Below are positions 18,026 through 24,650 of a DNA stretch of 32,215 nucleotides, piece after piece. Origin of the DNA: an uncultured Candidatus Saccharibacteria bacterium (GTDB taxonomy: Bacteria; Patescibacteriota; Minisyncoccia; UBA6257; Colwellbacteraceae); contig CAZMCG010000004.1 in the NCBI GenBank assembly GCA_964565105.1, positions 1 through 32,215 of the forward strand. Reading direction: 5' to 3'. A model generated the notes under the pieces. That model saw only the letters and a program-made list of their open reading frames with translations, was not told the DNA's origin and made no database searches. Positions within the stretch are counted from its first letter, which is position 1; the number at the start of each line of letters is the position of its first letter. Position numbers and translations under genes: made by a program.

Positions 18026-18177
18026 GAATTATGAATAAGGAATTAAGAATTCTCGCATCTAATTAAGGATATATTTTAAAGAGTGAACATAATTAAAAGA
18101 AAAATGACATTGAACCAAAAAAGGTCAGGAAAAATAAATAAGGGCTTGCACCAGAGCAATCCTTATTAGGTGTGGGC

Positions 18178-18618
18178 ATGAATCTAAACAAAGTTATTAT
18201 TGCTGGTAGATTGACGGCAGATCCAGAATTAAAAACAACCGCATCCGGAATGCATGTTCTCTCTTTTTCTATTGCAACCAATAGAAATTGGACAAACAAG
18301 GATGGTGAAAAAAAGGAGGAAGTAGAGTTTCATAACATCGTAGCTTGGGGCAGGCAAGCGGATGTTGTAAGTCAGTTTTCGGGCAAGGGCGCGCTTATCT
18401 TGATTGAGGGTAGGCTCCAGACGCGATCATGGGAGGGTAAAGATGGCCAGACGAGGCGCACCACAGAGATTGTAGCTGAGCGGGTTCAGCTTGGCCCACG
18501 CGCAGGCGGTGGCGTAAAAGATATGCCGAGTGTTGCTGACAAAGAGGCTGGAAAAGAAAAAATGCCGGTTATAGACCTTGACTCGGACAACATCAAGTCC
18601 GAAGATCTCCCATTTTAG
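18178..18618 (+). CDS. ssb: Single-stranded DNA-binding protein
   Basis: OB-fold consensus MNLNKVIIAGRLTADPELK...FHNIVAWGRQA...LIEGRLQTRSWEGKDGQ with an acidic C-terminal tip EDLPF. AGGTG lies 5 nt upstream of the ATG at 18178. Confidence 0.9.
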   Translation: MNLNKVIIAGRLTADPELKTTASGMHVLSFSIATNRNWTNKDGEKKEEVEFHNIVAWGRQADVVSQFSGKGALILIEGRLQTRSWEGKDGQTRRTTEIVAERVQLGPRAGGGVKDMPSVADKEAGKEKMPVIDLDSDNIKSEDLPF

Positions 18619-18707
18619 TGAGGCAAGCGATCCAAAATTATAAATACACCCGAATGTCCCAAGAAGATTCTACATACTACTTACTATTCACTATTTGCTA
18701 ATTTGAC

Positions 18708-18923
18708 ATGAGTACTAAAAGAAAAAAACAATGTTTTTTCTGTTCGCAAAATGTTGCGGATATTGACTACAAAGATATAGATCTCTTGAATAGATTTATT
18801 TCTTCACAAGCGAAAATTATAGATCCGATGCATACAGGAACGTGCGCAAAGCACCAGAGGCGGCTCGCGCGTTCAGTTAAGCGTGCGCGCCATATGGGAC
18901 TTCTCCCATATGTGATGCGATGA
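18708..18923 (+). CDS. rpsR: 30S ribosomal protein S18
   Basis: Sequence CFFCSQNVADIDYKDIDLLNRFISSQAKIIDPMHTGTCAKHQRRLARSVKRARHMGLLPY. Confidence 0.9.
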   Translation: MSTKRKKQCFFCSQNVADIDYKDIDLLNRFISSQAKIIDPMHTGTCAKHQRRLARSVKRARHMGLLPYVMR

Positions 18924-19507
18924 TGGAACTAGATAAGATAATCTTTGATGCACTCTATGGCCTTACGGGTCGATTTTTTATACTTGACGGGCTTTTCATT
19001 ATTTTTGCGCAATATCTCATTTATATATTAGTCCTTGTTTTCTTTTTTATACTTTTGAGGAAAAAAGATTGGAAAGAACGAATTATATTTTTTGCGTTTG
19101 CAGTTCTTGCTATTATCATATCGCGTGGGATTTTAACAGAGCTTATAGGTTTCATTATGAATACACCGCGACCATTTGTTGTAATGGATATCAATCCATT
19201 GATCGGATTAATTGACAGACCCGCTTTTCCGTCTGGGCACCTTGCGTTTATTATTCCGTTATCACTTGTTCTTTGGATGTATGAACGCAGGATAGCAGTT
19301 TGGTTTTTTGCGGTAGCTTTTATGATGGGTATAAGCAGGGTTGCGGTTGGAGTACACTGGCCGAGTGATATTGTAGGCGGAATACTCGTGGGAACGCTTG
19401 GCTTTGCGCTCGCATACATGCTCTTGAAAAAAGTTTTAGTTTTACCGGATAAGAAAAAAGCTTCTTCAGAAAAAGAAGAAGATATCACGGTGGACACCAA
19501 GAAATAG
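18920..19507 (+). CDS. PAP2-family phosphatase (undecaprenyl-diphosphatase-like)
   Basis: Membrane protein with the PAP2 motifs NTPRP, PSGH and SRVAVGVHWPSD. Its start overlaps the rpsR stop. Confidence 0.8.
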   Translation: MMELDKIIFDALYGLTGRFFILDGLFIIFAQYLIYILVLVFFFILLRKKDWKERIIFFAFAVLAIIISRGILTELIGFIMNTPRPFVVMDINPLIGLIDRPAFPSGHLAFIIPLSLVLWMYERRIAVWFFAVAFMMGISRVAVGVHWPSDIVGGILVGTLGFALAYMLLKKVLVLPDKKKASSEKEEDITVDTKK

Positions 19508-19527
19508 AAGCTGGCTTCTATTGTTTA
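19505..19527 (+). terminator. Weak hairpin plus T-rich tract after the PAP2 gene
   Basis: The palindrome tagaagc-tg-gcttcta is followed by ttgttta. Confidence 0.35.
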
Positions 19528-19629
19528 TCCCGAGCCGCGTCGAGGGAAGCGAAACTGAACCACTCTTTGATAAAAGTTCAGGGCGATTCGCTGCCTTGAA
19601 CTTTTAAAAACGTTGCGGATTTTGGGGGT

Positions 19630-19887
19630 TTAGTTAATTTTGGGCCACCTATCCTTAAAGCTCTTAACATCATTATATTCAACCCAGAAATCAGTAGAAT
19701 TTATATTTTGCCTTGCGCCTACTACTTTGTGATAAAGGCTTGAATACTTTTCTCCGAAGATCTCTTTTGCTTTTTTATCTGAGAGAATATAGTAATCCGC
19801 TTTCTTGTTGCCTAACCAAACTTTCACATCGACATAGACATAGTACATATTGCGGTCAAATTCTTCTATCCCAGTCACAACCTGCAT
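19630..19887 (-). CDS. Hypothetical protein (85 aa from internal ATG; the ORF extends to 20007)
   Basis: Open frame MQVVTGIEEFDRNMYYVYVDVKVWLGNKKADYYILSDKK...DRWPKIN. A purine-rich gagagagag lies just upstream of the ATG at 19887. Starting at 20007 would leave only 8 nt to the divergent gene. No family is recognised. Confidence 0.4.
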   Translation of the reverse strand: MQVVTGIEEFDRNMYYVYVDVKVWLGNKKADYYILSDKKAKEIFGEKYSSLYHKVVGARQNINSTDFWVEYNDVKSFKDRWPKIN

Positions 19888-19958
19888 ATTCTCTCTCTCG
19901 ATAATCTGTATATTACAAAATTTCTTTGCATTTTGCCGAACCCATCTAGGTTCACTTC

Positions 19959-20003
19959 TTTGCAAAATATTTTTTATGTGATATATAATGCAAGTAACTT
20001 GCA
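19959..20003 (+). promoter_or_regulatory. Candidate promoter and 7-1-7 palindromic operator upstream of the Fur-family gene
   Basis: TTGCAA (19959-19964), a long 19-nt spacer, then TATAAT (19984-19989). This overlaps the perfect palindrome TGCAAGT-A-ACTTGCA (19989-20003), which sits 13 nt before the ATG at 20016. Confidence 0.4.
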
Positions 20004-20015
20004 CCATATAATTAT

Positions 20016-20355
20016 ATGAGAACCAATATATATAAGGACAAAATACTTAATGTGCTCAAAAAAATCATCTTTTGAGCTTTTTTGATATTCACAAAAAATA
20101 GGACCTGTTGACTATTCAACTATTTATAGAAACACCATACAGCTTGTTAGCGAAAGAAAGATAAAAAAGATAGTTTTTGAAAAACGCAAAGTTATGTATG
20201 AGGTTGTGAGTGCGAAAAATCAACACGAGCACTTCTTGTGTCTTAATTGCGGAGATATTGAGGGAGCACAGATCTCCGCTTGGAGCATAGGATTATCCTC
20301 AAAGTATAAAGTCACTGATGTGATTGTAAAATGGCTTTGCGAAAAATGTCATTAA
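20016..20355 (+). pseudogene. Fur-family metalloregulator interrupted by two frameshifts at homopolymer runs
   Basis: - Frame 0 reads MRTNIYKDKILNVLKKIIF*.
- Frame 2 reads LSFFDIHKK*.
- Frame 1 reads ...IGPVDYSTIYRNTIQLVSERKIKKIVFEKRKVMYEVVSAKNQHEHFLCLNCGDIEGAQ...WLCEKCH*.
- Joined, these give the winged-helix TxYR motif plus HxH-x2-CxxC...CxxC typical of Fur/Zur/PerR.
- The frame switches sit at T4 (20070-20073) and A6 (20093-20098). Confidence 0.6.
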
Positions 20356-20363
20356 AAAATAAT

Positions 20364-20507
20364 ATGAAAAAAATCTTACTGGGAATCTTGTTGGGAATTG
20401 GTGCTTTGATTTTATTAGTTGCATTACTTGGGATGTTTAAATTTAATGTCTTATCTGGTTTAGATGGATTTGATGTTGATGGCAATAGAATCAATGTTGA
20501 ACAATAA
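20364..20507 (+). CDS. Small (47 aa) single-TM peptide
   Basis: My own translation is MKKILLGILLGIGALILLVALLGMFKFNVLSGLDGFDVDGNRINVEQ*. It is below the ORF-track cutoff and no RBS is evident. Confidence 0.35.
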   Translation: MKKILLGILLGIGALILLVALLGMFKFNVLSGLDGFDVDGNRINVEQ

Positions 20508-20621
20508 AAAATCAAATTGCAGAACTAATAGAAAAGCTTTAGAATATAAAAAGGTTGAAATAATTATTAATAAACTAAGTGTCAAAAAAGATATAAATTT
20601 AAAATAATAAAAATAAATAAT

Positions 20622-21110
20622 ATGAGTACTAAGAAAAAAGTTGTAATAACAGGTATTGCGGGAATTGTTACCGGGCTTATTTTAATGGGTGCTTTAATGT
20701 TTCTTAAAATGCCGGATTTGATGTTACTTGAGGATCGAAGCAGATATAATTTTGAAACTTCTGTAGAGAAATTTGAAGCAGCAGTTGTTGAAAATAATTG
20801 GAAAGTTGTTAAAGTACATGACATGAGATCTACATTAGCAAAATTTGGACACGATATAATGGAAGTAAAAATTTTTGAGCTATGTTCCGCCAGGCATTCT
20901 GTAAGAATTTTAGAACTGGATGATGAACGCATTGTATCTGCTCTTATGCCTTGTCGAGTTGCTATTTATGAAAAATCTAATGGATATGTGTATGTTTCTA
21001 GAATGAATTCTAAATTAATGGCAATTCCAATGGGTGGTGTTATCGCTGATGTTATGGGGCTTGCTGCAGTAGAAACCGAAGAAATAATAAGGTCTATTAT
21101 CGCTTATTGA
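20622..21110 (+). CDS. DUF302-domain protein with N-terminal membrane anchor
   Basis: TM segment VVITGIAGIVTGLILMGALMFL followed by a DUF302-like core (FELCSARHS...ALMPCRVAIYEKSNGYVYVS). Confidence 0.65.
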   Translation: MSTKKKVVITGIAGIVTGLILMGALMFLKMPDLMLLEDRSRYNFETSVEKFEAAVVENNWKVVKVHDMRSTLAKFGHDIMEVKIFELCSARHSVRILELDDERIVSALMPCRVAIYEKSNGYVYVSRMNSKLMAIPMGGVIADVMGLAAVETEEIIRSIIAY

Positions 21111-21204
21111 CCTTAACAAAAAGGTTGAAATAATTCTTTTAATTATAAAAGAAATTAAGAAATAATAATGTCGCTTTGACGATAGCGTATGGTGGTATAA
21201 AAAC

Positions 21205-21242
21205 AAACCCTCCAATTTTAGTGTTCCAAAATTGGAGGGTTT
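21205..21242. terminator. Perfect 15-bp hairpin, likely bidirectional terminator
   Basis: aaaccctccaatttt (21205-21219) pairs with aaaattggagggttt (21228-21242) across an 8-nt loop. It is T-rich on both sides and better on the minus strand (tttgttttta). Confidence 0.6.
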
Positions 21243-21542
21243 GTGGTGGATAAAATCTAATAAACCAGCTTTGGAAATTCCACACTCGGAGTGGAGTTGA
21301 AAACTTCTTATTTTGTATGCCAGATTTTGTAATCTCTGAAATTGTAAGAAATATAATGTAGCCACCTTCTTCAGATGCTATTATTGTTTTTACTCAAGAC
21401 CATAATCTAGGAATTGCTCGCATTGATCCACCCAGAGGAATTGATGGCAGGTAAAGCTATCTTGAACTTATGCATTACAATATAAATCAACTAATAAATT
21501 CACTTGAGAATTAGTATAATATTAATTTTATAATAAAATGCT

Positions 21543-21989
21543 ATGAAAAATATTTATATAAAACTTGGCTCCATTGGAGCAATAATTGGAATAATTGTGT
21601 ATGTGTTTGTGAATATTGTGGCTGTACCCGCTCTTTCTATTTTTCTCTATTATATAACTATTAATATCCTGCCAATAAGGGGAGATGGGCCCCTGAACTT
21701 TTACTGGATATTTGTAATGCCTCTTTTGAACAGTGTTTTAATATATGCCTTGTATGGACTGGGAATTGCATTAGTAATAAAAGCCAAAGATAGAATTAAA
21801 GATGTTTTAGTTATGTCTTTAGGGGTTGCTTTGGTCACTTTGTTTTTCGGATTACTAAATTTAGGAGAATCGCTTAGTCTATTTCAAGTAGCAATGAATA
21901 CATTAGCAGGATTTATGTTGATGTCTTTCATTTCTTCATTTATTTTTGTCGTAATTTATCCGTACCTACCTAAAGATGCAAGAATTTAA
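21543..21989 (+). CDS. Polytopic (about 4 TM) membrane protein, unknown function
   Basis: 148-aa ORF that is hydrophobic throughout. No recognisable motif. Confidence 0.55.
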   Translation: MKNIYIKLGSIGAIIGIIVYVFVNIVAVPALSIFLYYITINILPIRGDGPLNFYWIFVMPLLNSVLIYALYGLGIALVIKAKDRIKDVLVMSLGVALVTLFFGLLNLGESLSLFQVAMNTLAGFMLMSFISSFIFVVIYPYLPKDARI

Positions 21990-22002
21990 AAATAATAATA
22001 TT

Positions 22003-22809
22003 ATGAAAAAATATATTTTAATTGGACTAATCATCATCGGAGTAGTTGGTATTGGTTTTTTTATTTATCAAAATAATGTATCTCAAAATACAATCCAACT
22101 TCAACAAAAAAATCAATCTAGTATCCAAGCAATTCAATTTGAAGAAGGTGTAATGATTATTAACCCCAAAGATAAAAGTTGTAATGTAGATAATGATTGT
22201 GTTTTAGTCCCATTGGACTGTGAAGATTGTAAGCTTGGTACTCTCAATAAGGAGGTGTTACAAAAATATACTGAAGTAAAAAATGAATATTGTTCCATAA
22301 ATAAACCTGAGATAATGTGTGATATTGCTTTTACTGGAGAATTAAAATGTATAAATAATAAATGCGTTATTGATAGCGAGCCTCAACAAAGCCAGGATCA
22401 AGCACTTGAACAAAGTCCATATGTGCAAAAAATTACCAGTATCAACGGTGTCTGGCTTTCTATTAATCCTGTGCAGTGTCTAACCAATCCGTGGGAGAGT
22501 GGCTGGATAAGCCAAGATGGAAATGATTTTGCTAAATATCCAAGGGGAGATATCCTTGTCATTGAGAGCGCGGAAAAACAAATCATCACTGATTATTATG
22601 CGACGCAAGGTATTACTATTTTGAATATCTATTCACAAACATTTTATGAAAAATTTGGAGAATCAATGGCAACATGTGATGCGTGTAGCTGTGCTCAGGG
22701 ATATATATTGTATATAAATGTCAATCAAAGTGATGCTGATAAATTGGAGGGATTAGGATTTGCCCTCGTTAAAGATTTACCAAAAAAACAAGACAAATAT
22801 GAATTATAA
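22003..22809 (+). CDS. Signal-anchored Cys-rich extracytoplasmic protein, unknown function
   Basis: The ATG at 22003 (MKKYILIGLIIIGVVGIGFFIY) avoids overlap with the upstream gene. There are eight Cys residues in CNVDNDCVLVPLDCEDC...CSINKPEIMC...CINNKC. The second domain has PVQCLTNPWE and CDACSC. Confidence 0.6.
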   Translation: MKKYILIGLIIIGVVGIGFFIYQNNVSQNTIQLQQKNQSSIQAIQFEEGVMIINPKDKSCNVDNDCVLVPLDCEDCKLGTLNKEVLQKYTEVKNEYCSINKPEIMCDIAFTGELKCINNKCVIDSEPQQSQDQALEQSPYVQKITSINGVWLSINPVQCLTNPWESGWISQDGNDFAKYPRGDILVIESAEKQIITDYYATQGITILNIYSQTFYEKFGESMATCDACSCAQGYILYINVNQSDADKLEGLGFALVKDLPKKQDKYEL

Positions 22810-23043
22810 AGAAGAAAAAAGTAAGAAAAGAAAACGTTGAAATAAATTTAAAAAGATACATTAAGTACTACAATAAATTTAATAAATCAATATTTAGAAT
22901 TAAGCATCTGTTTATAAACTTCATAATTGTTTTAATAGCTTATTATTTTGTTTATCCAAAATTTGTCAAACTGGGCGTTAGGGATTCTTCTTTTATCACA
23001 TACTGAACCTCAGTAGGGAGTCTTCTCCGAAAACCAGCCTCCG

Positions 23044-23057
23044 CTGGGTTAATATTT
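23044..23057 (-). terminator. Intrinsic terminator after the peptidase-like gene
   Basis: The minus strand reads ccagc-ggag-gctgg followed by ttttcgg. Confidence 0.5.
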
Positions 23058-23080
23058 GGGAAATTTATCCAGGGGTCTAT

Positions 23081-23389
23081 TCATTGCCCATTTTTTCTTA
23101 AAAGATAGTGGCCAATTGGATATTTTTCTCCACGTCTTAGAAAGACAATTGTACCTTCTTTGTAGATATCGCCTGGATTTGTTTTTGTGATGTGCATTGC
23201 TCGTGCTTTTATGTGTTTCTTATATAAAACTTCAACTATATCGTTGTTATAGAAGCCACTCGTGATGTGTCGATTTTTATCATCTCTAAAGAGGTCTAAT
23301 GCACTTTTATAATCAATACCCAATAGCGTTGCTACACAAGCTATAGCACAACCAGTAGGTGCTTGTTGCGTGACGGGTTTTCCATTGTA
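23081..23389 (-). pseudogene. Small papain/C39-like cysteine peptidase-like gene with a 5' frameshift or missing start
   Basis: - The open frame from 23389 reads YNGKPVTQQAPTGCAIACVATLLGIDYKS...PIGHYLLRKNGQ*, with a Gln...Cys...His arrangement.
- The only in-frame start (TTG, 23323) lies after the putative catalytic Cys.
- An ATG at 23385 is out of frame by one base.
- A single extra A in the A4 run (atggaaaaccc) would give MEKPVTQQAPTGC... Confidence 0.45.
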
Positions 23390-23569
23390 TTAGCATAGAT
23401 TTTATTATTTTATTTGTGGTCAGAGATGAAGTCCCGCCAGAGGTAGACGAGTTCTATTCTAGTGGGCGAGGAGGGACTCGCCCGCCGTCGCTAAAAGCTG
23501 TGGCGGGTTGCTGTTTGTATCCAGTCGCTTTGCTCCTGGACAAACAGGGAAAACCCACACAAAGCTATG

Positions 23570-23655
23570 TGCCCGAGGCCAGACTTGAACTGGCAAGGAG
23601 TGTTATCTCCAATGGATTTTGAGTCCATCGCGTTTACCGATTTCGCCACCCGGGC
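23570..23655 (-). tRNA. tRNA-Leu (anticodon CAA), class II with long variable arm
   Basis: The reverse complement is GCCCGGG-TG-GCGAAATCGGTAAACGC-G-ATGGA-CTCAAAA-TCCAT-TGGAGATAACACTCCTT-GCCAG-TTCAAGT-CTGGC-CTCGGGC-A. No CCA is encoded. A minus-strand TATAAT (23673-23678) lies 18 nt upstream of the tRNA 5' end. Confidence 0.95.
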
Positions 23656-23849
23656 AAGAGAGAAATAAAATGATTATACAAAGTATAAGTATTTTGTTCG
23701 AGCGTAACTCGGGCAAGCAAAGCGCCATCCGAGTATGTATTTCAATTATCACGCACTGAATATACAATACAGAATAAGAGATACCAAATCTACAATCAAC
23801 AATCAGCAAGATTTTACATACTACATACTAACTACTACTTACTAACACA

Positions 23850-24629
23850 ATGGCTCGCGTAATAGCAATTTATAACCAAAAAGGTGGCGTGGGGAAAACG
23901 ACAACCGCAGTAAATCTGGGGGTGTATTTAGCAGTCCTAGGTCGCCGTGTGTTGTTAGTTGATTTTGACCCGCAAGCAAATGCCACGGTTGCTCTTACCC
24001 ATAGGCGTGAGTTTGAGAAAAATATTTATCACGGCATCTCAGGTGAGGCGTCATGTGAAGAATTAATTCACGCGAGCGGAGTTTTGAATTATGATTTTAT
24101 ACCGGCCTCCACACATCTATCTGGTGCTACTACCGAGCTTGTAAATGCGCAAGAACGCGAATATTATCTTCGGAAGTTTTTAAATAAACTACGCCATAAC
24201 TATGATTATATTCTAATTGACCTACCTCCCTCACTTTCACTTCTTACAATAAATGGGCTTGTAGCTGCGGACGAGGTCTTGATACCAATTCAGGCCGAAT
24301 ATTACGGACTTGAGGGGTTAGGGCAACTTTTAGAGACGATACAGTTAATCCGTAAAAATCTTTTTCATCCGGTTATTGTGTCGGGCGCTGTCCTTACACT
24401 TTATAGCAGGTGGGAAAGACTTTCTAGAGATGTCGGGAAGAATTTGCGAAGGCATTTTCCGTATAGGGTATTTAAAACAGAGATTCCTCGTTCTGTACAC
24501 TTAGCAGAAGCGCCGAGTTTTGCTAGGACAATTTTAACACACAAACCAAACTCATCCGGTGCAGTGGCATATATGCGACTTGCTAAGGAAGTAATAAGTC
24601 TTGAATATCACTATCGCACCGATACTTAA
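23850..24629 (+). CDS. parA: ParA/Soj chromosome partitioning ATPase
   Basis: Deviant Walker A NQKGGVGKTTTAVNLG, plus VLLVDFDPQANAT and ILIDLPPSL. Confidence 0.93.
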   Translation: MARVIAIYNQKGGVGKTTTAVNLGVYLAVLGRRVLLVDFDPQANATVALTHRREFEKNIYHGISGEASCEELIHASGVLNYDFIPASTHLSGATTELVNAQEREYYLRKFLNKLRHNYDYILIDLPPSLSLLTINGLVAADEVLIPIQAEYYGLEGLGQLLETIQLIRKNLFHPVIVSGAVLTLYSRWERLSRDVGKNLRRHFPYRVFKTEIPRSVHLAEAPSFARTILTHKPNSSGAVAYMRLAKEVISLEYHYRTDT

Positions 24630-24650
24630 ATCGTGTAGAATGACAACACT

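Noticed and set aside
19590-19605. Direct repeat of the tRNA-Leu 3' end (an att site) at the far border of the AT-rich stretch.
   Set aside because: Only an 8-nt match (cttgaact) is present. That is too short to distinguish from chance, and there is no integrase.
21015-21365. 116-aa minus-strand ORF, and the 21250-21540 tract as a possible gene.
   Set aside because: The ORF overlaps the DUF302 3' end and reads straight through a perfect 15-bp terminator hairpin. Translations of the remaining tract break into fragments of 30 aa or less in all frames. It may be a decayed gene, but no product can be supported.
20548-22848. Interpreting the recurring GTTGAAA-containing 18-mer as integron attC core sites marking gene cassettes.
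   Set aside because: The core and inverse-core consensus (GTTRRRY / RYYYAAC) and the required imperfect palindrome are not consistently present, and there is no intI.
23416-23809. ORFs 23416-23622 (+) and 23603-23809 (-).
   Set aside because: Both overlap tRNA-Leu and its flanking structured or promoter DNA and have an implausible composition.
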